Assembly: GCA_043228905.1 (NCBI GenBank)
Contig: JBHGNT010000006.1
Span: 12,586,001-12,650,000, forward strand
Source: Azolla caroliniana
Lineage: Eukaryota > Plantae > Polypodiophyta
DNA: 64,000 nucleotides
Direction: 5' to 3'
Numbering within the stretch: the stretch's first letter is position 1; every line of letters starts with the position of its first letter. Of this stretch, positions 34,716 through 48,330 are shown piece by piece. A program made the translations under genes and the position numbers. The notes under the pieces are model-generated. The model searched no databases. It saw nothing but the letters and a program-made list of their open reading frames with translations, and was not told the origin of the DNA.

Positions 34716-37700
34716 AAACTATATTACATAAGTCACGATCTTGATGTCTGTTATCACCGATAAGTTTACAGATAATTTCTATCTATTCGTTTAACCACAA
34801 CTTCTTGATAGAACGTTCGGTACAAACGTTCGTCTTATACTATGTCAGCAAAATAGCAATTGTCGACCGAACAACACAGTATAATTTTGCACGCCCAGTT
34901 ACATCTGCACATAGCAGAGAACAAGACAAATGCATATCGTCTGGTCCGAATACACCAGTCAGTTGTAAACGTCCTTGTACGCGTTCTTTACGAAGATGCT
35001 AGAGACAGAATCGACTAAGGGATTACAACCGGAAACAAGTAGAAGGTGGTCAGTAATTCCTGATTTAACCGATAGCCAGTCTTTCGATGAGAATCAGCCG
35101 GAGGAGGTATCATTTTACGATATATGGAGTGAGGACAATATGCCTTATCCATACTCAAAGTTCCGTGAGGGAGCTGATGCAGAAGCGCATGTGAGGGATT
35201 TCTTGACAACATGGGAGATTAACCATGGAGCTCAGAGACTGTTGGCGGTAGCCGAAGATAAGTCTAAGATTGCTGAGTTCGTTTTGTCATTAGAGGGTTA
35301 TTCTACTAATTGGTTTGCACAAAATGGTCTCCATGGGTTCGAAACATTCGAACAATTGAACAACAAATTTATGCAGTTATTTCATCATCAAATACCTCAA
35401 AAGGATTTGATTGCGCAATTTTATGCGTTGTACCAGGAGCAGCAGGAAACGGTGTCTCAATTTGTGATCCGTTTTCAGAATTTGCAACTTCAAATTTCTA
35501 GGCCTATTCCGGACAACAAATTGAAGGATGTATTCCTTGAAGCAATTTGTGAACCATTATGAACAACGCTAAAGGTGTTTGATTTCCGGAATCAGAATAT
35601 CGAGCAAGTGATTGATAAGGCAATTGCTATGGGTCGACAACCGATAAATGTACGGAGTATGGATATGTCAGCACTAAATCGTACACTGCCAGCGATGGAG
35701 GAGTTACATTTTCAACAAGCAGTTCAGTGTACTACTTGTTTAAATACTGGTCATTCGACGATCGAATGTAGTCTATGTACACATTGCACAATATGTCATT
35801 CTAAACTTCATTCGGTCGAGCAATGTGAGTATAATTTGCTCAATAAGACGACGGCTCCGGTAAGACTATTCTGGAAAACGGGTACCACAATAACCACAAC
35901 TCGTTCAATAATGGATACCAACAGAAAAGTTTTCCATAGAGTCAACAAAATAATTTTCAAACAAATCAAGCCTTTCATCAAAATAAATTCCAGCCGAATT
36001 CAACTTTTCAACAAAATAATCGATCCTTTCAACAAAGTATTTTTCAGCACAATCAAGATTTTCAACAAAATAATTTTCAACAAAATCAAGAATTCTCGGT
36101 AACACTGAATATGAATCAGCAACAACAAAATGGAGGACGGTTTAACGAGAACCGGTATAAAAATAAAAAATTCTATAAGCCGAAAGCCTCACAACAGTTT
36201 CAACAATCGTCAAATGATGGTCAACAGTTTATGCAAAATTTTGGAACTACTTAGTTTGAGCAAGGCGAGGGAAGTGGAATGTTTGTTCCTACTTGTTATA
36301 TTTGTCGTCAAACTGGTCATTATGCTAATCAGTGTTCGGCTAAAGGAAAAGGACCAGCGGTTAATATGGTTATACTGGAAATACAGCAAGTAACCACAAG
36401 AAGTAAAAGTAAACAATCGGAGTGGGAGATTCAGAAAGCAGTCCGGAAAGCAGCCAAGGAATGGGTAGAGGAAGCAAACAAAAATAATGTAAATTGGATG
36501 CTCCAAACCAAGCTACCGAATTACCAGGAGTTATTGTTGTACCAGAACAAGAGGAAACTTGGAAGCTCTTGGCAGATTGCCAAGTATCATTACCACTGAC
36601 CGGATTACTTAAGTTGGTCCCTAAGGTGAATGGGTTTCGCCTAAAACCTTACCTGGGACCTACGCCACCTAACCCGTTCCCCATCGAACAGGACAAAGCC
36701 GGAGAATCCACGGAGTAAATATATAGACCTACTTGTACTATAGTGTAAACATAATATTGTATATAACCGTTACAAGAGAGAAAAAAAAGAAAAAGAAAAG
36801 AAAAAGAAAAGAAGAGAAGATAGCGACACTATTAAAATGACTTCATGCATGCACAAACTTCTAGAGCAAGAACACGCGACACCACGATGGCTCACAGACC
36901 AATGAACCCTAGGCCATAAAAAGAAGAAAATAGAAGGTTTTCTGCATAGTACAGAATCCAATCGCTCATCGCTCTCCTTAGTCACCTTCCTCTCCATCAT
37001 ACCACAGAGCTCACGTTCGCTATAGCCAGCATACCTCACCCTCTACCCACGAGTCTCACCCACCTACTATGCCGATCCCTATTTCTTCCGCCTTGCGGAG
37101 ATGGCTCGTTGAAAAGCGCCTGGACGGATACATCAAAGTCGCTGAGGCACCCACTCACCCTGAAGCCCTGGACATGGCTAGGAAACTCAATATCGACACG
37201 GTCACCAACACATCCATCCGGAAGAAGCTTGACCTGTCATTGCTTGGAGAAAGAAATTTTGACATCCCTCCTACGGAAACCTTGTAGAGATATTTCGGGC
37301 CATATTCGGCGTCCGCCAAGGCATACAGGACGAAGGAAATCCCCGACCCCTTCTTTCGCAAAATAGCCAAGTTCTTGTTGGAGGTCGGATGTGTGCATGT
37401 AAATGCCTATGGGATGGCAAAGCAGAAGGTAGGCATCATCATTGATACCTTCGAAGGGGGTGTGGTCGATTGGGGGGCATTACAGAACCAACGTTACGGG
37501 AAGGCTTGCACGTGTATCAAGGCGGCAAAAAGCTAAGGCCAATCATTCAACTGAATTTGACGATACTATTCCTACCCTAAGGTTTGCCCGCACCACAGCC
37601 CAGCAAACCCACGCCGCCGCCACGTTCCGCAAAACGGAGGTTAGCGGAGTTGGCCACCACGGAATGGGAGGATGAACCCCAATCGCCTAGCCCAACATGG

Positions 37701-40253
37701 GGACAACATAGGAAGAACGGCCGGAGCACAGGGAGGAAGCTCCGCAGGAGCAGGAAGCCGAGCAACGCCAGGAAAGCCCGAGGATGAAATGGCGGAGGCT
37801 GGACAGGAAAGATGGGCGCGGATTAGTTAAAGACACACTCGCGACCACAGAGACGACCGTTGTGGTCGATAGCTCCATAACTACGGAGCCCAACCTCACT
37901 TTCGAAATAATCCAGCAATCACGGCCGATCATTACGACCCAATCACAGCGGGGGAAAGGCGTATTTACTGCTGAAAGCGACGTCCTAAAGTATCCGGACA
38001 TTCCGGACACATCCCATGAGTTCGGCGCACTCTTACAGTTCGGAACTACATACGAACTCATGGAATATTTGGCCACGCAACAAATAAAAGTCTCATAACG
38101 AATGGCCGAGGAGCACGTGGAACAACAAATGATTGAGCGTGCGCTAACACAAACGGTAGAAAGCGTTGATGAGGGGCCGCTAGCTAGAGTAGGCCGACAA
38201 CAGAATGTTGGTATACGCCGAATCAGAATTGAACTACCCCCATTAAACGCAGCCCTCGTTGAGGTTCATAGGGAACTAGCTAAGTTCAGTATCGGCGCCA
38301 AAAATATGACGATTAAAAACAAAAATGTCTGAAAAACAGTTAAACAGACCCAAGCTGAGCTACAAAAGGCCAACGACCGCATCGCGGAGTTGGAACGCAA
38401 CTACGGCGCAACAAGAATCTCGACCAATAGACAACACCGCCGAGGCCCAGTCCCTAAGAGAAGAGGTTGAAGCCCAGACCGCCATCGCCTCAAAAGCAAA
38501 GAGGGTCGTGCAGCTGGCGGAATCCGAGATTGACCGCCTCCGCTCCGAACTCCGCCAATCCTCTGACAGGGAAAAGGAAATCCGGGCCAAAGGCCAAAAG
38601 GAAGTAAAGAACCTCGAAGAGAAACTCTAAGTGGTGGAAACAGCGCACACCCGCAGGAAAGAAGAGAACACCAAACTATGGGAGGAAGCACAAAAATTGG
38701 AAACGGCGATCACTGGACTCCGAGCGTTATTGGAAAAGAAGAAAGCGTGGTACGACGAATAGCTCGTACGGGAACAGGAGGTGAGGCATCAGGTCAAAAT
38801 TCGCCTAAACAATGCAATGGGAAAGCTAGAGGAATTACAGTCGAAGGAATCTCAGTTATGGGCAGGAATGAAGAGCAATTATGAGGAAGCGGTTGCGGTC
38901 AATAAGCAAGAAATCGAAAACCTCAAGAAAACCCTGGAAGAAGCGCGTAACCGCTGCCAAGTAATAACCAACAACGTGCACATACTTCTTCAAACAAATC
39001 GAGAGAGGTTTACGGTGCAATTAGAAGCAACGCTAGACAAAGGCTGGATGGCGTGGGCTGCACAAGCGGCGGAGTTGCATACTTACCAGGCGGACTGGGA
39101 GAACCGAAGGAAAGACTGTCGAGGTTTCTACAAACTCAATGAGGAAAGCATTGTGGGTGTACGCGAGGACCTAGCGCAAGATTATCACACGCTAGCGGAC
39201 CAGAACTCCGAGGAACTCGCGTAGCTACTGGATGGTTTCGGTGAAAGTCAGGAGGATATGTTTCACCAAATCATGCAAGCAAGTAGCACGCGACCAAGCG
39301 CGGAACCATCACGATACCAGTAAGTGATACTGCCGAACAAGAGGAACCTCAACCCTCGTCACTGGAAATAACAACTACGGTAGGTAGCACGGGACAACGA
39401 GCAGAGCCCATCGGGATACCGGAAAGTGAGACCGCCGCATAGGAGGAACCTCAACCCTATTCACTAGGGCAGACGACTACGACCGACAACATAGAGGAAG
39501 TTACGGACAGGACAGAGCCGCAACCTACCGAGCAACCGCAGATGGATGAGCCAGCCACAGTAGAACGAGATGAGCCCAGACCGCCCACACAAGGAGACGT
39601 TGACCCCATGGAAAGCCCCACCGAGCAAGTACAAGACACAAAACCGCGCAACGACGCGCCTACGGACACAACATCATCCTCGGACCAGGCAATCGGGGCA
39701 AAACCAAACATCCGGGCTATTTTGGAGGAAGAATAAAGGGGTGGGTTCAACGTGCCATGGCACTGTCCCACAAGCGTGCCAAGTGTTGTCCGCCGGAATA
39801 GTAACCGACGGACAGAAGCGCAGAAATATTATAATATAGTAAAAGCGTAAGAAACGCATGTAACAGTTCACGCGGGAAGCGTGAATAGCTCAAAGACTCT
39901 GTGTATATAAAGGGCAGAAATCCTCTGTAAGAGGTAGCGTGTAATTTTGGTGCACAGAGCGCTTTCGTAATAGAATACTATCTTCTCTAAGTTCTGTGCA
40001 TATCTATGGTTTATTATCTACCGTGTTGTTTGTTCTGTGCTGCGTACTATTAATCATAAGGGTGTAGGCGTAAGTGTGAATACTAGTGCACTTCCACAGG
40101 AGCTCGGTTGTAGCCATCTCCCTTATACGCTGCTAGGATACAAGGCAGTATCCCATTACGAATTACGGTGCGAGGACACCATTCCTTGCAACATAGTCAC
40201 CTTGAAGTCTACGTCGAAGGATTGACCATAGACAGTGTTCCTAATCGGTAACA
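34716..40253 (+). mobile_element. Arg-family Gypsy derivative: gag and accessory ORF, pol deleted
   Basis: LTR remnant to approx. 34876; PBS ttgcacgcccag 34887-34898; gag approx. 34975-36620; junction LLKLVP|KVNGFRLKPY; accessory ORF 37069-39736; 3' LTR 39784-40253. Confidence 0.8.
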
Positions 40254-41205
40254 TGCAGTGTGAGAAAAAGCGAGGTTCCATGGATATATCATGAAATAAT
40301 GTATAAATAAATAAGAAACAAAAATATTAATAATGATTAACTTGTAATAGCTTACTGGTTAAGGTTTATAATTATATGTACAGAGGTGTAGAGTTTGAGT
40401 CTCTCTTCTTACAAGTGACTTTGCTTCCCTTCCATTTTTGTGATAAAGAAAGAAAGAAAAGCATGTAATGTTAAAATATGCTCCTCTTTCCTCTATAAGA
40501 GAGGAGCGATAGGGCTTATTTAGGGGTCACCCATTTTGTCGTAGGGGTGTAACACTAGGGTTTCATCTTCCTCTCCTCTTCTTCTTGATTTAGGGTTTTG
40601 TAGCCTCGCTTTCTCCTTATCGCATTCTCTTTCATCTTTTCCTTATTGGGTTAGGGTTTGGTAGCCTCCGTTTCTCTTTCATCTTTTCCTTCTAGGGTTA
40701 GGGTTTGAGAGCTTCTTCTTTTCTCCTCAACATACTAGACTTAGGTTTTTAGAGTTTATGAGTTTACATTCTATTCTACTTCTTACTCGAGAGATTTTAG
40801 GGCTTGGATTCCTTCCACAATGGCTTCTTCGACATCTCGGTGGTAGTCAACTCGGTGGCCGGTAATGTAAGGGAGGTTGTAGTGGCACAAGAACTACTCC
40901 GAATGAGGCAACATAGCTGTCGGAAGTAGTCGAGCTTTGAGCCCACTAGACTCACTTTCGCCAGTTTATTTTAGCCCCTTTGGTTTATTTATAACCGATT
41001 ATTGTAATAACCACCGAAATCGTGGTGTCAAGCCTAACAATTGTAAAAAAATTAAAACAAAAACCTTAATTTATATCAAAACTTTTGTTACATATTTCCC
41101 CATGTCTTTGTCTTAATCTCCAGCTTCCTCTCTACTTTTGTCTCCCCGGTCAAAGGCCTTGACGCTCCCGTTCAAGCGTCACACGTACGCGAAGTTTTCA
41201 CGACA
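40254..41205 (+). mobile_element. Trp-family-like LTR (5' end lost) with tRNA-like cassette
   Basis: 3' end ...cacacgtacgcgaagttttcacgaca resembles LTR ends at 2761 and 8551; followed by acgt. Confidence 0.65.
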
Positions 41206-41808
41206 ACGTTACTCTTAAGCACTTCACCGAAGTCGGCAGTCTCTTTAGGCGTGGCCAATGGCAGCACACCATATACACCTTTGGTCAACTGGAGGTCATC
41301 GGTTGCGTGGTTGTCGTCCGCCATCCCTTTGGGCGTAAGTGTTGTGGAGATCGCGCACCATCTTCATCAGGTCTTCTAGAGCCGCACGCCCAGACGGTCC
41401 CGCGATCACGTGGTCAGAACCTGGCCCGACTCAAGCCAGCTTTTTATATCCTCTGTCTGGGTCGGTGCCAGCTCAGCCCTTGTCTCCGCAATAGGACCAA
41501 CTGTTGATGGCCCCGCATTTTTCCAGTCTCGTTGTTTGTCAATATGGTTGCATATTCCTTTAACCACAACCCAATCGACCGTGAGCCATTCGTTCGTCTC
41601 CAAGTTGGAATCCACATTATCGCGATCAAGAAAGTTGACCGACTTAACAAACAATAGAACCTTGCTCATATCAAGCACGGTTTGGTCCAGTGTCGAGAGT
41701 CGCGCGAATCGCGACTTAAACTCCTAAAGCAACGTTGATGCGTTCCTGCCTTTCCCAGGGCCCTCGACCCAATCCATGAAATCTTTCTTCGACAACCTGA
41801 GAGAATCA
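41206..41808 (-). pseudogene. Trp-family Gypsy gag fragment
   Basis: LDMSKVLLFVKSV...DW.VVK matches gag at 3130-3730. Confidence 0.8.
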
Positions 41809-41935
41809 TGTTGGGAAATCGGTCCCTCCGGATGGGATCCAATGATGAATGAAGAGGACCCGGTGAGAATCGAAAGAGACCCGTAAACCGGAGGAGAGCC
41901 GGTGAGAACCGGTAGAGAGACATATCTTTAAATAT
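41809..41935 (+). mobile_element. Copia family A LTR 5' fragment
   Basis: tgttgggaaatcggtccctccggatggg matches 42707 onward. Confidence 0.75.
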
Positions 41936-42706
41936 GTGGCTAATTCTTCCCTTAATGTTAACCATTCCTATTCTCACTCAACATCTTTTTCTAGGGCTTT
42001 TGTAGGCCTCCGGTTGTGCTTCCGTTTCCGGAGCTTCCTTCTGTAGGCTAGTCGGTGGCACCACCTCCGTTACTTCACTTGTACTCTGGCCCATACTGGC
42101 TGTGAATTCTTTAGCCCTCTTCAACTCTTCTTCCAAGCTCTAGATCTATGCCCGCGCCTTCTCTACTTCTTTGGTTGTGGCTAGCAACCATTCCGTTTGA
42201 TCTCCCATTTTTCGTTGTTCGTCATCCATCTAGTCAGCCACACCGGATACTTGCTCTCCGAGCCATTTAACCACTGGCGGCAGGTTCCATGTTGTGTTAA
42301 GCCAACACACTGTTGCACTACCTCCGGTCTCAGTTCATGCTCCTCCCTGAGCCATTGGGTTAGCGGTTCTTCTTCCGGTGTCCACTCCGGACGGCGTTGC
42401 TGGTCTTGCTGCACTTGAAGACCCGGTGAGGTAAGTCGTTCTGTAACCGGTTCCTGTTGAAGCATTGTCACCACTTCTGGTCTTCTTACCGGCTCTTCCT
42501 CCATCCTAGGTTCCACCACTGTTGAGCAGGTCTCCGGCGTACTGTCCTGCTCCTTACACAATCCTTCCCCCTGGTACTCACTGTCGCACTTTCTTGGGCG
42601 ACGATGAAGGGTTTCCTAGTTCACCCTCCGGACTAGGTCGTCTATGTCCCTGTCACGCCAACGTAGTTTGATTTTAATTGGTTTGGCCATTTTCTCTGGA
42701 ACTGGC

Positions 42707-44575
42707 TGTTGGGAAATCGGTCTCTCTGGATGGGATCTGGTGATGAATAAAGAGGACCCAGTGAGAACCGGAAGAGATCCGGAAACCGGAGGAGACACGG
42801 TGAGAACCGGAAGAAAGCCGGTGAGAACTAGAAGAGAAGACATATTTGTAAATATGTTTTGAGTAAGCCTATTGAGGCTATATTTGTAAATAGCCCTAAG
42901 TTCATATAAGTATAAACATGACTTAGAGAAATCGCTTTATGTGTTGTGTGGTTCTTATTGTTGTTGTAACTATTCTACAGAAGAGAGCAACAGAGAGGGA
43001 GAGGGAGATACAGAGAGATACTCTGTTGTAACCGCCGCCTGGCGAAGAAACCAAGCTTGAGGTTGTTGCCTACAAGTTTCTGATTGTACCCCTTCTCTTC
43101 ATAGTGATAGTTTGAAGTCTGTGGGCTCCCGTGGTTTTTCCCTATTAGGGTTTTCCATGTAAACATCTTGTGGTCACTCTTCAGTTCTCATTTCTATGTT
43201 CTCCATTCTCATCGAAGTGTTCAAGACTTAGTTGTAGCCGAGCAATATTCCATGTTTTGTCTTAACAAACTGGTATAAAAGCAATCAACACGGGAAATGG
43301 AAGAATCATTCGGCGGCATGTTCAAGCTCACCGGCTCCAACTACTCAGTGTGGAAGTCGAAGATGAGGGATATGTTGGTGGTCAAAGATCTTTGTTTGTT
43401 GGTTCAGTTCGGGGACAAGACACCAGATAAGATCGACGCCACAGTGTGGGAGGTGATGCACATGAAGACGATGGCATACATCTGGTGCTTCATCAATATG
43501 AGCATGTACAACAACTTCAATGAAGAGAGCAAGGCTCATGAACTCTGGGAGAAGATTGGCATCATGTTCCAGAACAAGAATGCGGTCAATCGGGTTTCGG
43601 TATTCCGGAAGCTAGTGAGGCTCCGGTATCAGGACGGCTCCAGTATGGCGGAGCACATGAATGCCTCATTGGAAGTACCTCTCACCAATGAGGTACTCGC
43701 ATTGCTCCTGCTCGGTTCCCTCCTGGATAGCTGGGAGGCGTTAGTTGTCACGTTGGGCAATGCCGAGAAAACAGTTGTCCCTAGCAAGGGAAAAATCAAG
43801 CATGTTAGATGAAGAAGCTCCCTAGAAGGACCAGGAGTCCAGAACCGATCCGAAGGCCTTGGTCACGGAAGATCACCACAACCGGGGAAGACGCCGCTCC
43901 CGGAGTCCCCAAAACCGGGACAAGTCAGGGATGAGGTCGAAGTAAAGGGGGAGGCCCACTTGATTCTACTGTGGGAAGCCGGGGCACTTCCAGAAGAACT
44001 ATCAGCATTTTTGGAAAGAGAAAGTAACTGGCAACACCGATTTGAAGAAGAGTTCCGACCGAAACGGTTAGGACCGGAGAGTCCCGGAGAGGCCCGGATC
44101 GGAAGGGAACGTCGGCGATTGCGACAAGTGAAGAAGAACTGATGCTCATTACCGAAGAGAATGAGTTAAACCTTGTCGACAACGAGATAACGTGGGTTGT
44201 CGATTCCGGAGCATCATTCCACCTGACACGGGATCGAAAATGCTTCTCATCCTACTCAGTCGGTGATCATGGTTGTGTCCAGATGGGGAATAAAGGTACA
44301 TGTCGAATTATCGGCATAGGAGATGTGTTGTTGACGACATCAACCGGATGTAAGTTGCTGTTGAAGGATGTACGACATGTTCCGGAGGTTCGACTGAACC
44401 TGATATCAGCCAGACGGTTGGATGATGAAGGCTACACGGGTAGCATCCGGAACGGTGCTATGAAATTCAGCAAGGGAAGCTTGATAGTGGCTCGAGCCCA
44501 AAAGGTCAACACACTGTACTTGATGAATGCATGGATATGCCGGGAAGAAGTGAACATAGATTTTGACATTGTCGG
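42707..44575 (+). mobile_element. Copia family A 5' fragment (LTR, PBS, gag, protease)
   Basis: LTR 42707-43267; degenerate iMet PBS; MEESFGGMFKLTGSNY; WVVDSGASFH. Confidence 0.88.
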
Positions 44576-45870
44576 TGTCGTGTTGAAGCACGTCGCATAT
44601 AAGAGCTTGGAGTGTCCTGGCAGAACCGCTGGAGTTTTGAACCAGGAGAGTGGAAATAAGGAGATGAAAGAGAAGAGGGGGAAGTCGAGCCGGAAGTATC
44701 TCAATAGTCATGAGTTGTTTGCAGCCCTACCCGTGAAGAAAAAAAACCTTATATCGTTCCACCTATGTAATCATAGATTGGAAAGCTCTTCCAGAGGGCT
44801 TTCCAACGAGCTATAGAACGTCGAAAACAGACGTCAGAATTGATAGTTCTGAAGAAAATACCGTACAACGCTACTCCTCAAACGCAGACTAAGAAGAAAT
44901 GCTAAAATAGGAAATTCACCATTTCTTCGAGAGAAAAACCCTTTACAAAATAGGACTCCTTGATTGTTTTTTTCCCCCCCCATCCCTGTCAATAATCCTC
45001 CCCTCTTATTCTAAATTGATGTCATTACATGTAGGGCACATGGCACACACCTAGAGAAGCTTGTGCATGTGCGCGATATAAAGCATGTGGGCCATGTGGC
45101 ACACATGTAGAGAAACTTTGCATGTGCGTTATATGGTGCACATGAAATACATTACATGGTTTTGACTAGACAACATTTGTTCCAAAATAATGTGAATAAT
45201 CCCTAAGAACAATAATACTAAAGAACTTTGAGTCTAGAATGTAAATCAACTCCAATGAGTCGAATGAAGTGGATCTCCAAGGAGTGTTGGATCACCGAAC
45301 CAAGTCGAGATGCGTGGTTGTAGTTGAGGCAAGTGTGGAATTGTGGTGGCACCAATCGGTCGTATCCCTTTACAACATGCACCCCCTCCTAACCTACACA
45401 TCCTCCGGTATGTGCCAAGTGGAGAAAACTCAACCAAAGTCTTCTTTCCTTTTATTTGAACGATTGATGCATGGCAATCATCTTCATTCAATTCCGGAAT
45501 CGACATGAGAGACATCTTCTCCCCCTCAAAATTCTCGTTTAATTTCTCTTTTAGACGAGTATCATGTGATGAAACTATCGTTATCGCTTCTAATTGGATA
45601 CTTGTAGTTGCCATGTCATGGACCACCTCTTCTTCAACATCTTCTTCCCAATTCAAATTAGCTTCCACGGATCGTTCATCCTGCAAAATGTCAGGAACAA
45701 GAGAAGCTCTTTGTTTAAAGAGTTTAATTGATTTACCAGCAATCAGAATTCGAAGAAGAGTTCCATCAAATTCTGACAAGATATATGTTCCATTTTGCCG
45801 GACTTCTACCACTCGATACGGCCCAAACCATTGATGAGAGAACTTTCAAATAGATTTGTGTTGATGCTCA
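44576..45870 (-). mobile_element. Trp-family-like Gypsy 3' end (integrase C-terminus, PPT, LTR)
   Basis: LTR 44576-45377; PPT aggagggggtgca; WFGPYRVVEVRQNGTYILSEFDG; pre-PPT motif ttggcacataccggaggatgtg shared with 10808-10835. Confidence 0.75.
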
Positions 45871-47081
45871 AGTGAGCGAAGTGAGCGAAGTCGACGAGAG
45901 CCAAGGTGGTTCGAAGGGGCTTGTGGAGAGACGACGGAAAGATGTCCTTCAAGTTGTCAGCCAAGATTTCTTGAGCTCGCTGCCAATAGAGGTTCTAAAA
46001 TCAAATCGTAAATTACAAGATCATCTCGTGAGGCGCCTGCGAGATGGTGTAGAACTGGTTTAGTAGTTCACACTTGGGTATCTGACAATGAAAAACGAGG
46101 ATGAACCTATCCCAGAGGGCTATAAAGGATGCGAACTCCCCCAAGTTGTGTTGGGAGTACCAGTGCATTGCTTGTCCATGGAGAGACAAGCCGAACTCGG
46201 CGATCTTCAATGTTTCTACATTAGCCGTGTCCAGTCACTACGACACATGATTGGAATGCAATGTGATTAGGAAGGCTCAAACATGTGCTTCCACATCAGC
46301 ACCATCAGTGTATCGTGGGTAAGGGTAAGGCATGGTGTCGAAGTTGGGATCTTCTCGAGTGATCAAGGTGAGGTTATCTTTGGGTTGGTCGACCCCCGAG
46401 GCATTGCCAATAGGCGAGGCAGTATCAGGAACTACGGTTGATTGGGTGTCCGATACGGGAGCCAGTGATTGCTCCATGAGAGTGGAATCAATAATGTTGT
46501 CTGCTTGTTCAGCATATGGGGACGTTGGCCGAGTGTGTGTGCCGCAGGGAGGCATCATTACGGTGGTCGGGTTTTCAACTACACGTGTTCGCTATGAACT
46601 CACAGTGTGAACTAGGCATGCCAAATTGTGCTACTCCCTCCTGGAGAACACCTTCAATTACTCCTCCTGAGTAATCGGGTCAAGGAATCGTGGTGCATCA
46701 GAGACTCGTGGCCCGAGCTATGATCGGATCATTTACAAGAAATGAGATTGACACTTTGCAAAATCGGCTACAACCGATTTTGAATAAGGTCTTACACAGA
46801 CCGAACTTAGGTAGATAAAGACAAATCGCTGGAGACAGACACAGTGATTACCCACAAAGTATATGTATTAGATTATTGTAGCATACAATACATAATCAAA
46901 CACCGAGTAGAATCAATAAAGCGCTCACTCACTCTTCTAATTTAGATCTAGGCTTAGTCTACTCTAGTCTCTTAGATCCTCTTTTATATCTAATGACTCC
47001 CTTATGTGCTCGCCACTTCTCAATATATATAGCTTCCTCTTGACCCAACGCTTTTCCACCCACTCCTTTTTTATTCGGCTT
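45871..47081 (-). mobile_element. Arg-family Gypsy 5' fragment (LTR part, PBS, gag)
   Basis: LTR part 46627-47081; PBS tggcatgcctag 46612-46623; gag MPYPYPRYTDGADVEAHV, KIAEFGLSL. Confidence 0.75.
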
Positions 47082-47970
47082 TGTTGAGCGGCAAGCTCAA
47101 CCTGATCCGGATCGGTTGAATAAGCCTGAGCCGGATCGGCATTCGAAAGGATGAGCTGGATCAGTGAGCCGGAGAGCAAGCGAGCCGGTGAGCTGAGAGC
47201 CGGTTAGCCGAATCCAACAATAATCGGAACCCTAGTAGCAACCTAGACTACTAGGTAGTTAATGTCTCATACATGCTTGTCTAAGCATTGAAGTACACCG
47301 TACTTCTGTCAGTCCATATGGACTTGTATAAATGTGTCCACTGAACACATACGATGTACAGAGCTTTAGAGTTAATTTTCGAATAGAGTTTTATGTTCTG
47401 CTCTTTCTCTCTTTGTCTATCTCTCCCGCGTACTTCGTATATTCAAGCTCTCCATTAAACTTGTGTTTCTATGTTTCGGTTTTCTATTGCTTCCGCACAC
47501 TATTCTTTTACATGGTATTAGAGCGTGAGGGTTGAGAACCTCTGCAGCCGACATCAGCATCTAAAGACAAACCCTAAGAACAGAAAGAGAAGTAATGGAC
47601 AAAGGAATGGCTAGCTCACTCCCGACGGAGAAGCTCGATAGAAACAACTACGTACCTTGGTCCTACAAGATGCACCAGTACCTGCTCGGGCATAGGTACT
47701 GGAGCAATGTCGACGGAGCAAATGACACAGCACCCAAATCGACACATAGAGATTTCCCGGTGTGGGAAATGTCAGCGAACAGAATACTGTGCTGCTTCGC
47801 GTCTTGTGTGGGCGAACAACTCCTAAGCTACATTCGGGATGCAAAAATGCCGAAAGATGCTTGGGGAAATCTGAAGAACATTTTCGCCACAAGCACTATA
47901 GCCAGGAAGCTTCAACTCCGACAAGAACTGAGCAACCCACGACAACGCGACTTGTCGGTGGCAGACTCTT
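47082..47970 (+). mobile_element. Copia family B 5' fragment
   Basis: LTR 47082-47512; PBS tggtattagagc; gag MDKGMASSLPTEKLD, as at 51062. Confidence 0.85.
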
Positions 47971-48241
47971 AACGAGAACTAAAACGCTCTATATACGCAA
48001 CGCTCGGCCACAACCGAGCTTAGAATCATACACAGAAAACGGAAATAATGCACGACACAAAGAAGAGAAGAGTACACAAGATGTTTACGTGGAAAACCCC
48101 AAACTAGGGTAAAAACCACGGCAGCCCACAGGCTGCAAACTATCACTATGTTAGAATGTACAACAGTGAGTTCACAGAGGCAACGACCTCGTGCTCACAA
48201 TCTTCGCCACAGGCGGCGGTTTCAACAGAGGCAACGACCTC

Positions 48242-48277
<36 letters not shown>

Positions 48278-48330
48278 CACAGTTACGCGCTCTGATCTCT
48301 CACAGACAAGAATAACAACACTTACATCAC
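47971..48330 (-). mobile_element. Copia family A LTR fragment
   Basis: Closely similar to 19085-19410. Confidence 0.75.

Noticed and set aside
44576-47081. A single intact LTR element
   Set aside because: The two LTRs are dissimilar and the halves belong to different families; best explained as a deletion-fusion near 45870.
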